A stretch of 20,000 bases of DNA from Chiloscyllium plagiosum (Eukaryota): assembly GCF_004010195.1 (NCBI RefSeq), contig NC_057718.1, positions 7,538,217 through 7,558,216 on the forward strand. Direction: 5' to 3'. Below the pieces are notes generated by a model that was not told the DNA's origin, did not search any database, and worked only from the letters and a program-made list of their open reading frames with translations. Below, one piece after another: positions 1-9,465 of the stretch (position 1 is its first letter; every line of letters begins with the position of its first letter). A program made the translations under genes and the position numbers.

Positions 1-92
1 GCAGGTGGGTCTAGTCTGGTTTGGGATTATGTCCAACATGGACTGGTTAGACCGAAGGGTCTTTTTCTGTGCTGTATGTCTTGATGTTTATG
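1..92 (+). mobile_element. 3' tail fragment of CR1/HER1-like LINE
   Basis: ggactggttagaccgaagggtctttttctgtgctgtatg matches the reverse complement of the LINE tail at 16256-16320 and resembles the tail at 17120-17160. Confidence 0.7.
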
Positions 93-227
93 TCTTTAAG
101 TTTGGTTAGACTTTACTGCGGCTATGCATATCTCTGTTATCCGGAATGTTTGATCAACCAGCACATCCCTGGTCCCATAGGTTATGGTTATTAAAAAGTT
201 CATCGACCATAAAGTATCTCCATGTCT

Positions 228-328
228 AGCAGCCCTTCACCGCCACCTTCTCCAAGCTGGTTTAGGGATGGGCAATAAATGACAGTCTAGCCAACAATGG
301 CCACATTTCATGAATGAGTCTAAAAAAT
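228..328 (+). mobile_element. Decayed 3' tail shared with the CR1-group LINE at 7448-8378
   Basis: agggatgggcaataaatgacagtctagccaacaatggccacat aligns to agggacagggcaataaatgctggcccagccagcaatgccaacgt at about 8308-8351. Confidence 0.7.
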
Positions 329-439
329 ACGTTAGACTTTGCTGAACATCAGCTTGTTCTGACCTTTCTCTTGCACCGAGAAGCGGTCAGTCACAGCTTC
401 TGCCAAAGCTGGTCTCGATCTCCCGCCTGGTGAACAGTT

Positions 440-582
440 AACAATGGTTTCGTGGTCATTCAGATTCACAAGCCCAGATAGCTGTCACCATCAAATTCCA
501 CAATCTGCTGTGGCAAGATTTGAACCTGGGAACCCAGATCATTAGCTGAGTTCCTGCATCAATAGCTTTACAATATTATCGT
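440..582 (-). mobile_element. tRNA-derived SINE head fragment (non-HE1)
   Basis: Reverse complement has a B-box-like ggttcaaatcttgcc followed by gatggtg...atgaccacgaaaccattg, which I recall from shark SINEs. Confidence 0.55.
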
Positions 583-614
583 TCAGCCTGCTCAAGCTCT
601 GGGAGGGGATGGGC

Positions 615-980
615 ATATAGTCGTTAGAATATAGAAGCATGAGAGGTGATCTTGTTAAAATGTACAAGATCCTGAGGGGATTTGACAGGTTAGGTGCAGC
701 AAAGTTGTTTGGAGAAAACAGGACTAGAGGGCATTATCTCACAGTGAGACAGAGATGTTGAGGATGAATTGCTTCTCTGAGGGTATTGAGAGAGCTGTCA
801 AGGCTGGATGATTAGGTATGTCCAAAGCTCAATGAGACAATCAGTGAAGAAATAAAGGGTAATGGGGCAAAGCCAGGAAAGTGGAGTTGAAGATTATCAA
901 ATCCACCATCATCTCATTGAATGGCAGAGCAGACTCGATGGTTGAGTGGCCTGTTTCTGCACCTATGACTTTTGGTGTTA
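615..980 (+). mobile_element. CR1/HER1-like LINE, ORF2 C-terminus and 3' UTR, decayed
   Basis: Encodes SLEYRSMRGDLVKMYKILRGFDRL, similar to SLERKRLRGDLIETYKIIRGLDRV at 8495-8800; ends in the gagtggcctgtttctgcacctatgact tail. Confidence 0.85.
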
Positions 981-989
981 TATGGACCT

Positions 990-1372
990 GAGTAAGCAGA
1001 TGAGAACTTGGGTTAACATCTCCTCTGAAAGACAGTGTGGCGATCCCTCTGTACTGCATTTTATTAGATTCCCTACAGTGTGGAAAGAGGCCCATTGGCC
1101 CAACAAGTCCACACCGACCCTCCAAAGACTTACGCACCTAAACTATGGGCAATTTAGCATGGCCACTTCACCTGGCCTGCACATTTTTGGACTGTGGGAG
1201 GAAACCAGAGTATCCGGAGGAAACCTATGCAGACACAGGGAGAATGTGCAAACTCCACACACACAGTCGCCCAATGCTGGAAATGAACCTGGGACCCTGG
1301 TACTGTGAGGCAGCAGTTCTAACCACTGAGCCACCGTGCCTGTAGTGGAGTGTCAGCTCTGATTTTTCAGTC
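990..1372 (-). mobile_element. Deu-domain-type SINE fragment split by the HE1 insertion (pieces about 990-1058 and 1341-1372)
   Basis: aacatctcctctgaaagacag...ccctctgtactgca continues after the HE1 copy as gtggagtgtcagctctgatt; family assignment from memory. Confidence 0.5.
1061..1340 (-). mobile_element. HE1-like tRNA-derived V-SINE, near full length with internal deletion
   Basis: Reverse complement starts ggcacggtggctcagtggttagaactgctgcctcacag (A box) then ggttcatttcc (B box) and ends tttccacactgtagggaatcta; homologous to 6094-6238, 15227-15520 and 18336-18565. Confidence 0.9.
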
Positions 1373-1590
1373 AGAATCATTGCTGCCAAATTCCACTATT
1401 CCATCTCGTGCCACACCGGGATTTCATCTCTCATTCCCTCTCACCAGGTAGATTACTTTTTAAAAAATGGTGCCTAGCCCAGATTCCCTGTAATTACTAT
1501 TTTCTGGGAATGAAGAGAGACTCCAGGAGGAGGGCACCAGGGCCAAAATTGCAGCTTTTTACAATTCCAGATTGACTTACAATTGTCAAC

Positions 1591-1749
1591 ATTTGGAGAT
1601 GCCGGTGCTGGACTGGGTTGACAAAGTTTAAAAATTGCACAACACCAGGTTATAGCCAACAGGTTTAATTGGAAGCACTAGCTTTCGGAGCGCTGCTCCT
1701 TCACCAGGTGGTTGGACTATAACCTGGTGTTGTGTGATTTTTAACTTTG
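1591..1749. mobile_element. HHR-bearing Penelope-like mini-element, family A: minus arm 1591-1710 and inverted plus arm from 1711
   Basis: Homologous to 7192-7390 and 9308-9359; exact 13-bp TSD tacaattgtcaac at 1578-1590 and 1750-1762. Confidence 0.8.
1676..1710 (-). ncRNA. Minimal type-I hammerhead ribozyme motif with A6>G core mutation
   Basis: Minus strand reads CAC-CUGGUGA-A-GGAGC-AGC-GCUCC-GAAA-G-CUA-GUG; stem I CAC/GUG, 5-bp stem II. Confidence 0.7.
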
Positions 1750-1864
1750 TACAATTGTCAACTGCAGCATTTTGTGTTGGTGTTCAAAGGAGCTATACCA
1801 CAAGTATATTTCCTCTTTCAACCTCTGCAAGTATCTAAACTATGTGCAATTATATTATCCAAAG

Positions 1865-2140
1865 TTGTCTGAGGAATCATGATGAGTTGCTGTGGCGCAT
1901 CTTGTAGATGGTACAGTCTGCTGTGACTGAGTGTTGGTGGTGGTGGGAGTGGATGTGGTGCCAATCAAGTGGGCTACTTTGTCCTGGATGGTGACAAGCT
2001 ATGAGAGTATTGTTGGAGCTGCCCCTATCCAGGCAAGTGGGGAGTATTCCATCACATTCCTGACTTGTGTCTTGTAGATGGTGGACAGGCTCTGGTGATT
2101 CAGGAGATGAGTTACTCTTTTCAGACACCCAGCTTCTGAT
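1865..2140 (-). mobile_element. CR1-group LINE ORF2 fragment, same family as 7448-8378
   Basis: Reverse complement aligns with about 7790-8070 (cctgtccaccatctacaag...gaatactccccacttgcct...gattggcaccacatcc). Confidence 0.85.
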
Positions 2141-2917
2141 ATGTTGCCACAGGAGTTATGGAGCTAAAATTTCTGGTCTGCCAGGCAGAATTTTGCACTG
2201 CGTTAACTCAACTGTTTTGTTTGTTTTTTTTTTCAAAATCGTTGCATAGCATGCTAGGTTCTTCCTGATTGAAACTTTGGGTGTGTCTTGGTGAAAGTTT
2301 TTTTGTTTTAGCGCAATGAGATGCTAGTGGTTACAGATATGTTACTAGTTGTGGTAGATACGGGTGTGAGGGAGAAGACTGGAATTTGAGGTGATAAATT
2401 AAGTTCAACACAATATTGAAACACTGATTCTCTTCACATGCCCAACCCTTGCCCAACACTCCATCCCCAATGTCTCAATGGATTAGGAAATCCTACAAAT
2501 GCCCGCTGATATAACCCCATGCATTGGCATTACTAAAGCAGTTTTATCTGCGCTGTATTAAAACACTGAGGCCTCATTTCAAGTTCTCCTCTGTTTCTCT
2601 CTCAACCAAAACCACACTGTTACAACCTAATGGACTCTGCTTTCTGTTTTGGCTTTCTTGAAAGAAATACCCCGTTTTGATGCCCACATCTGGGTTAAAA
2701 GTGCACAGAGTTTTCCATCGCCTTGTCCCCTCGAATTGTGAACTTATCCCACCCTTACCTTCTTTTGGTAGGTGCCTGCCTCTTTACCTGGGAATGTGCT
2801 CTTCCAGCTTTTCTGTTGCAGCGATGGGCAAGTGCAAACATATTGCCATATTTAATTTGTACTGATTCTGTGCTGTCATTTTGGCACTTTACCTGCTCTG
2901 GCCTTTAGTTTGAGACA

Positions 2918-3118
2918 ACTTGGAGAACTGCAGATACTGGAGAGTCCGAGACGATGAAAAGTGGTGCTGGACAAAGCACCACAGGTCAGGTGGCATCCGA
3001 GGAGCAGGGGAGTCAACGTCTCGGGTCGGAGGACTGAGGGAGGGAAAGGGGGCTGAGAAATAAATAGAGGGAGGGGAGTGAGGCTGGAGGAAAGGGGTGT
3101 TTGCAGGTGGGAGGTGAA
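2918..3118 (-). mobile_element. Penelope-like pLTR fragment, family B, with decayed HHR
   Basis: Reverse complement reads pyrimidine-rich tract, then ...gacccgagacgttgactcccctgctcctcggatgccacctgacctg...ccagcaccac...ccagtatctgcag, homologous to 17323-17449; CUGANGA and the left stem II arm are deleted and GAAAC reads GAGAC. Confidence 0.75.
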
Positions 3119-3129
3119 AGAGCATTCTA

Positions 3130-3315
3130 GAATAAATACTTAGCAGACCAGAGAATGTCAATCCAGAAGTCACTTTGGCAATTTAAGAAACCTGACTATG
3201 AACACTTCAACTCAATACCAACAAACAAGATCCCAACAGATTCACTAATGCTCTTTTCCACTCTTTCCTGATCTGACCAATGTGTGACTGTAGCCTTTTC
3301 TCTGAAGTGGCATTT
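3130..3315 (+). mobile_element. Highly decayed tRNA-derived SINE, probably the 440-582 family
   Basis: Residual ttcactaatg...cctgatctgacc..tgtgact...tctgaagtggc motifs; recalled similarity only. Confidence 0.35.
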
Positions 3316-3331
3316 GATGAGCACGTTACTT

Positions 3332-3476
3332 ATCGGGGGACATAAATTTAAGGTGAAGGGTGGAAGGTATAGGGGAGATGTCAGGGGTGGGTTCTTTACC
3401 CAGAGAGTGGTGGGGGCATGGAATGCGCTGCCCGTGGGAGTGGTAGAGTCGGAATCATTGGCGACCTTTAAGCGGC
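3332..3476 (+). mobile_element. CR1/HER1-like ORF2 C-terminal fragment
   Basis: GHKFKVKGGRYRGDVRGGFFTQRVVGAWNALP closely matches GHSFKLRDNRYRTDVRGSFFTQRVVGAWNALP at 8495-8800. Confidence 0.9.
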
Positions 3477-4059
3477 GTGACCAACAGACCAATGTGAGTA
3501 ACCCCCAATTTGAGACCTATGCCCCCCCCCCCCCTCCTTTACACCTGGAACAATTGACCAGAGAAGTCTGGTCATTGCTAACTGCAACAACGTGTCTGGC
3601 TCGTGAGTGAGGCGGTTTGCTCGAAAGATTCTGCAACAAACTCTCATATTTGGATTCACAAGACCAGCTTTTTAATGAAGGTGGGAAATGGATTCTTAAC
3701 TAGAATAGTTTTTTCTTAAATAAAACCCAACGATTTGTGAAGGTGACAGTTTGGTAAGGAGTACCATTCTGAACTTCTCTGGACGATTAACACTTTTGTT
3801 TACAGTGTTTGTCTCTTTGTTTCTGTGCTAACCGCATTTAATGTGGAGTCTGCACTTTAACGACAACACTGTAATGAGCCAGTGGGGCTTGGTTTAAAGG
3901 TGACTTTGGTCACCAAGATGAGAATCGTTCTCTGTTTGACCCCTGTACACTGAAAGAGAAATATCTCCACATACTTTACAGGGGTGATTATCAAACAGTT
4001 TATACAGTGTTCCCTCTTGGGGATGCTGGAATATTTCAGGGAAAGTTTGTTGAAGGAGG

Positions 4060-4190
4060 GTACATTTTACAGAGTATTCTAACGGTAGACCATGAGATAG
4101 CCAGAGGGATTTCGGAAGGCAATTCTAAAGGTTTAGGCCCAGGTAGCTGAAGGCAGGGCCATCAATGATTGAAAGATTAAAATCCGGGTT
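4060..4190 (-). mobile_element. L2-like LINE fragment
   Basis: ggcaattctaaaggtttaggcccaggtagctgaaggcagggcc resembles the reverse strand of the L2 ORF2 C-terminus (AFSYLGPKPLELP); from memory. Confidence 0.5.
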
Positions 4191-4307
4191 TAGTGAGCAT
4201 TATAACATTCACAAGTGTTCACCTTAAGTGATGTACAAAATGTCATGGCACCTTGATCCTTCGTTAGTCCTTTTGCTATGGTGTACCATCAATAAAGAAT
4301 GATTTTG

Positions 4308-4380
4308 AAGCTCTCTCAAAGAGCTAGCACAGGCACAATGGAATGAATGGCCTCATTCTGTGCCACCTCATCCTGTGAGT
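4308..4380 (+). mobile_element. CR1-like 3' tail fragment
   Basis: gcacaggcacaatggaatgaatggcctcattctgtgc tail motif. Confidence 0.55.
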
Positions 4381-4450
4381 ACAAGGTGCAGTCAAGCCAC
4401 TCTGTTAATTTTCTTTTTAAACACGACATGTTACATGAGTCCGTGCTGCA

Positions 4451-4862
4451 CTTCAGCATTTCTTGGGAAAAAGACCCATTTGTCAATGTCGGTGTCTTTT
4501 ATTCAACAAGGCAATTGACAAGATAAAGGTTTGTATGGAGTGAATGGATTAGTTGGCAAATGGACTCTATTTGCACAAGTTAATGATGACTGACAGTTTA
4601 CATTTTTAACCAAATCAGGTTGGAACTCATTTAGTCAAGGCATTGTCTTGAGAAATGGACTGGAGAAGGGTGTCACTTATTCTGTTCAGTTGAGTTAAAA
4701 CAAGTAAGTGTTCAAAGATCAGGACTCTGTGTTATGTATGCAGCTTCCAGTATGTTGCACACTGTGTGGTCTGTCTAGCAGTCTGAAGTTGTCGGTGTAA
4801 TTCTTTGCACCCCCAGAATTCTGTAACTTTGACAAAATGTCATTTTTCAGCAATACTCAAGT
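4451..4862 (-). mobile_element. Penelope-like fragment, family D, with short inverted terminal piece at about 4825-4862
   Basis: Aligns with 17530-17880 and 18250-18330 (gttggcaa.tggactct, gatgactgacagtt, gtcaaggcattg, tgtcac.ta.t, gagttaaa); 4828-4862 is an inverted copy of about 4451-4487. Confidence 0.7.
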
Positions 4863-5084
4863 AGATATTCTTTGTGAAAGAGACACTGAATCTGCTACCA
4901 CCTTACCAGGGCTAACGACGGCTTGCAGCTGGGACTGCTGTGAACCCTTGGAGGTGCAAAGCAGAAATGTTCTCCATTATGAATCGGCCTGCGCTGACCC
5001 AGCTGGGGTGGGGGGGGCACATGGATCTGAATCTGGACCTTCTGGCTCAGGGGGAACACCAACCAATTGTGGCACAAGACCCCC

Positions 5085-5225
5085 AAACATTTCACTTTAC
5101 ATAACAACTTTCACAATGTCAAGAGGTGGAGTACCACAGCCAGTGCAGTACTGTTTTCAGAGTGTTGCCATGTAGCAAATTAATTCACCAATCTGCACAC
5201 AGCAAACTTCTAGAAAACGCAGTGA
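5085..5225 (-). mobile_element. Deu-SINE/L2-type 3' region, minus copy
   Basis: caatctgcacacagcaaac and actttacataacaactttcac are diverged reverse complements of the 5241-5378 segment. Confidence 0.55.
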
Positions 5226-5240
5226 CGTCCTGGTTTATTT

Positions 5241-5378
5241 TATTGCTGTTTGTGGGCGCTCTCTGTGCACACATTGGCTGCCATGTTTCCTAGACTACAG
5301 ATGCCTGCATTTAAAAAGGCCTTCATTGCCTGTAAAGCATCAGCAGCTGTGAATGGTGATATATAAATGCAGGTCTGT
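5241..5378 (+). mobile_element. Deu-SINE/L2-type 3' region, plus copy
   Basis: attgctgtttgtggg...tgtgcacacattggctgccatgtttccta...ttcattgcctgtaaagc...gtgaa...atataaatgcag. Confidence 0.65.
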
Positions 5379-5478
5379 CGGTGAGACATTTGTGCTGAGT
5401 GGCAAAAAACTGTTGACAGATCAGTTATCCCCGTTGACAATTTTCGGGGGGGGTTTAATTGTAATTGAGCAGATCTTT

Positions 5479-5508
5479 GCCACTGACGTTGCAGCCACTG
5501 ACGTTGCA
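5479..5508. repeat. Perfect 15-bp tandem duplication (gccactgacgttgca x2)
   Basis: Directly visible at 5479-5493 and 5494-5508. Confidence 0.95.
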
Positions 5509-6093
5509 ATCCGTGAATGTTATAATTGAGAAGGGAATTGTCAATCTAATTTTAAAACAAGCTGACAGAAAATCAACAGCTGGAAGGTCGTGTTTTCTCC
5601 AGCGCAGTTTTAGTGACACGACGAAGCCCAGTGCAAATGGATGAAGTGTCCTTGCAGGGAATGTGGTTACACAGTCCAGTCAATTATCTGGTGAAGTAAT
5701 AGCTGCGTAGTGAGAGCATGTAGTGTTTTTTAATGGAGATGGAGACCACAGCTAATGGCAGCACTGAGAGGTTGAAGCATTATAATCCATAAGTGCACTT
5801 GTTCTTGACAGAGCTACCGTTCTGATCTCTTGAATTGTTTCCAGGATTCTGAATTATCTGGAAACCCCTGTGCAACTGTAAGAGGGGACAGCACATTAGG
5901 AGGCTATTCAGCCCATCTCACCCATGCCAGCCCTTGTGCATTGGTTCCATTGCGCTGACATTTCCCTGTTGTCCTCCTAAGTGTTTCCCTTCGATTACCT
6001 CTCTGATTCCCGTCAGAAAGAGATGATTAGCTCACCTTCCACAATCCTACAGCCAATTCATTACAGTTCATAGCAACTTCTTGAAGAGGAAAT

Positions 6094-6238
6094 GGCACGG
6101 TGGCTCAGTGGTTGGTACTGCTGCCTCACAGCGCCAGGGATCCAGGTTTGATTCCAGCCTCCGGTGACTCCCTGTGTGGAGTTTATGCATTCTCTCTGTA
6201 TCTTCGTGGGCTTTCTCCAGGTGCTCCAGTTTCCTCCT
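6094..6238 (+). mobile_element. HE1-like SINE, 3'-truncated
   Basis: ggcacggtggctcagtggttggtactgctgcctcacagcgccagggatccaggtttgattcc tRNA-like head with A and B boxes. Confidence 0.9.
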
Positions 6239-6459
6239 TGTTGTGTAGTCCAATGTACCAATAAATGTTGCTGATGTGACTCTGACATTAATAAGAGTGG
6301 ATGAGAGAAGCCACTAGACGAGGAGAAGACCCTGTGCTGGGAGCTGTAAGAGTTACTTCTGATGTGTAGATGTCAATGAGAATTTTACATCGTTGTAGAG
6401 CAAGAGTGGAAGAGCTTAACTCAAGTATAAGGAGCCAATGGCTTTGTAGAGTGGATGTC

Positions 6460-6690
6460 ACAGAGTCATATCCAACTTGCCCACTCTGCTTAGTTTTCAC
6501 AATCAATCTAGTCCCATTTGCCTGCATTTGGTCCTTGTCCCATCCATGTACCTGTCTAAATGTTTCTTAAATGTTAAAATTGTACTGACTTCCGCCACTA
6601 CATCTGGCAGCCGTTCCAGAGACTCCACCCTCTGTGGGAAACAATTGCCCCTCTGGGCTCGTTTATATCTCTCCCTTTCTCCTTAAATGT
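6460..6690 (-). mobile_element. CR1/HER1-like 3' end
   Basis: tagtcccatttgcctgcatttgg...catccatgtacctgtctaaatgtttctt is homologous to 17885-18043. Confidence 0.8.
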
Positions 6691-7191
6691 ATGTATAGAG
6701 ACCCACAGCCCAGGGACCATTACAAATAATATAATTATGTCAGTAGCCCCATTAATTACAGTCCAGCTGATGGTAAAACTGGACAAATCTGACTCCAGAA
6801 TGAAAGCTGGCTTGATAATAACCTGTTTAATTTTCGCAATTAGTTATCATGGTTGGTTAGTCACTGAAACTTACACATATGCAGCTGCAGATGTTCTCTA
6901 ACAATAGAACATAAGCTTATTACATAAAGTTAGAAATTTTGAAAAAGCCTAACCTATATATATGTTAAAAGACCGTTTGAATTTAATACAGGCATCAAAA
7001 CAAAGCTTCAACCTGTTTCCCAGCAGCATGTTTTATAGTGACTCAGTCCCAGAATAATATCAGTCCTCTCTCAGCTTTGTAAGTCTTTATATCAGTCATG
7101 CCTTGAACCGAAGAGTCTTCCTCTCCGAGTCCATTAGCTTGAAGTTCTTTCAATTCTGATAGCCTAAACTTTCTCTGTTCTAACAACTCCA

Positions 7192-7390
7192 AAGTTAAGA
7201 ATCACACAATGCCAGGATATAGTCCAACAGGTTTATTTGGAAGCTCTAGCTTTCGGAGCGCCGCTCCTTCATCAGGAGCAGTGCTTCGAAAGCTAGTGGT
7301 TCAAAATAAACCTATTGGACTATAACTTGACGCTGTGTGATTTTTTAACTTTGTACACCCCAGTCCAACACCAGCATCTCCAAATCATGA
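7192..7390. mobile_element. HHR-bearing Penelope-like mini-element, family A: minus arm 7192-7276 and plus arm 7274-7390
   Basis: Long inverted repeat; TSD ctaacaactcca (7180-7191) vs ctaaaaactcca (7391-7402), 1 mismatch in 12. Confidence 0.8.
7243..7279 (-). ncRNA. Minimal type-I hammerhead ribozyme, intact core
   Basis: Minus strand reads GCUC-CUGAUGA-A-GGAGC-GGC-GCUCC-GAAA-G-CUA^GAGC; 4-bp stem I, 5-bp stem II, palindromic AGCU in place of helix III. Confidence 0.8.
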
Positions 7391-7447
7391 CTAAAAACTC
7401 CAGGATTTCTGTGTAAGCTTTCCTGGCTTGGGAACTGCATAGACTAC

Positions 7448-8378
7448 ACGACCTTCCCTCCATCATAAGGTCAGCATTGGGGATGTTTATCGATGGTTGC
7501 ACAATGTTCCGCATCATTCGTGACTCCTCTAGATACTGAGGCAGTCCATGTTCAAATGCAACAAGATCTGGACAACATCCTGGCTTGGGCTGACAAGTGG
7601 CAAGTAACAGTCACACCATGCAAATGCTAGGCTGTGACCATCACCAATAAGAGACAATCTAACCACCACCCCTTGGCATTCAATGGTGTTGACATCACTG
7701 AATACTCCACTATCAACATCCTAGAGGTCACTATTGACCAGAAACTCAACTGGACTCGCCACATAAAAACAATGGCTACAAGAGCATGTCAGAAACTAGG
7801 AATGCTGCTGTGAATAACTCACCTTCTGACTCCCCAAAGCCTGTCCACTATCTACAAGGCACAAGTCAGTAATGTGATGAAATACTCCCCACTTGCCTTA
7901 ATGGGTACAGCCCCAACAACACTCGAGCTTGACACCATCTAGGTCAAAGCAGCCTGCTTGATTGGCCCCACATCTACAAACATCCACCCCTTCCACCACC
8001 AACGCTCAGTAGCAGCAGTGTGTACCATCTCTAAGATGCACTGCAGAAATTCACCAAAGATCCTCAGACAGCAGCTTCTAAACCCATGACCACTACCATC
8101 TGGATGGACAAGGGCAGCAGATACATGGGAATACCACCACCTTCCACCCAACTCACCATCCTGACTTGTAAATATATCACCGTTCCTTCAGTGTCGCTGG
8201 GTCAGAATCCTGGAATTCTCTCCCTAAGGGCATTGTGGTCAACCCACAGCACATGGGCTGCAATGGTTGAAGAAGGCAGTTCACCCCCAACTTCTGAGGG
8301 GGCAACTAGGGACAGGGCAATAAATGCTGGCCCAGCCAGCAATGCCAACGTCCCACAAAATAAATAATAATAAAAAAA
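7448..8378 (+). mobile_element. 5'-truncated CR1-group LINE (RT C-terminus and 3' tail), pseudogenised
   Basis: Translates, with stops and frameshifts, to MFIDGCT (decayed FADD)...MQQDLDNILAWADKWQV...ILEVTIDQKLNWTRHI...STIYKAQV; ends in an A-rich tail taaataataataaaaaaa. Confidence 0.9.
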
Positions 8379-8412
8379 GACTAAAAACCACTGAAGGAGC
8401 TGGCTCCCTGGA

Positions 8413-9308
8413 ATTAGAACATAACAGCGCAGTACAGGTCCTTCAACCCTCAACTTTGTGCTGACATGTGAAACCAAGCTGAAGTCCATCTAACCTACAC
8501 TATTCCATTTTCATTCATATGTTTATCCAATGACCATTTAAATACCCTTAAAGTTGGTGAGTCTACTACTGTTGCAGGCAGTGCATTCCATGCCCCTACT
8601 ACTCTCTGAGTAAAGAAACTACCTCTGACATCTGTCCTATATCTATTATCCCTCAGTTTAAAGCTATGTCCCCTTGTGCTAGCCATCATCATCCGAGGAA
8701 AAAGGCTCTCCTTGTCCACCCTATCTAACCCTCTGATTATCTTATATGTCTCAATTAAGTCACCTCTCAACCTTTTTCTCTCTAACGAAAACAGCCTCAA
8801 GTCCTTTCCTCATAAGACCTTGCCCCCATACCAGACAACATCCTAGTACATCTCCTCTGAACCCTTTCCAAACTTCCATATCCTTCCTATAATGCAGTGA
8901 TCAGAACTGTACGCATTACTCCAAGAGTGGCTGCACCAGCGTTTTGTACAGTTGCAGCATGACCTCATGGCTCCGAAACGCAATCCCTCTACCAATAAAA
9001 TCTAACACCCCGTATGCCTTCTTAACAACCCTATCAACCCGGGTGGCAACGTTCAGGGATCTATGTATCTGGACATCGAGATCTCTCTGCTCATCTGCAC
9101 TACCAAGAGTCTTACCATCAGCCCAGTACTCTGCATTCCTGTTGCACCTTCCAAAGTGAATCACCTCACACTTTTCTGCATTAAACTCCATTTGCCACCT
9201 CTCAGCCCAGCTCTGCAGCTTATCTATGTCCCTTGTAACCTGCAACATCCTTTAGCACTATCCACAACTCTACCAACTTTAATATCATCCGCAAATTTAC
9301 TAACCCAT
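8413..9308 (-). mobile_element. 5'-truncated CR1/HER1-like LINE, ORF2 RT C-terminus to 3' UTR
   Basis: WVSKFADD near 9285-9307; ORFs 8916-9248 (DIDKLQSWAERWQMEFNAEKCEVIHFGR) and 8495-8800 (SLERKRLRGDLIETYKI...FFTQRVV..WNALP) are typical CR1 ORF2. Confidence 0.95.
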
Positions 9309-9359
9309 GTGATTTTTAACTTTGTACACCCCAGTCCAACACCGGCATCTCCAAATCAT
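9308..9359 (+). mobile_element. 3' fragment of family A HHR mini-element
   Basis: tgtgatttttaactttgtacaccccagtccaacaccggcatctccaaatcat is nearly identical to 7336-7388. Confidence 0.85.
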
Positions 9360-9424
9360 AAATAAAGTGGGGTGTGTGTATTTATTGCGAAAATGTACTG
9401 CATGAATCTAGTCATTAATCCATG

Positions 9425-9465
9425 GAGCTCTGCTGAAGAGTCATCTCGACTCGAAACGTTAGCTT
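9425..9465 (+). ncRNA. Minimal hammerhead motif with A6>C core change
   Basis: GAGCU-CUGCUGA-A-GAGUC-AUCUC-GACUC-GAAA-C-GUU^AGCUU; 5-bp stem I with one G.U, 5-bp stem II. Confidence 0.7.

Noticed and set aside
130..215. Tigger/MITE-like fragment
   Set aside because: Only a vague recalled resemblance; no terminal inverted repeat pair or TA duplication found
841..1345. Overlapping 60-120 aa ORFs
   Set aside because: Read-through of an HE1 SINE and a LINE tail; the same pseudo-peptides recur at 6061-6288 and 15211-15402
4583..4700. C/D box snoRNA from ATGATGA
   Set aside because: The motif lies within the family D Penelope repeat (paralogue near 17717) and has no terminal stem or matching D box
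4837..5175. 112-aa ORF with an apparent acceptor ttttcag at 4850
   Set aside because: The ATG and acceptor lie in the inverted Penelope terminal piece and the 3' end runs into a SINE-like tail; the peptide is unrecognisable and I see no good donor
6094..6165. tRNA gene
   Set aside because: A and B boxes are present but continue into the SINE body seen in several copies; no complete acceptor stem
6761..6784. Hairpin gtccag-ctgatggtaaaa-ctggac as an HHR or SECIS
   Set aside because: No stem II, no GAAA-NUH arrangement and no SECIS quartet; probably a chance 6-bp stem
8495..9248. Two RT-like ORFs as a functional gene
   Set aside because: Frameshifted, 5'-truncated CR1 ORF2 debris lacking most of the RT and the endonuclease
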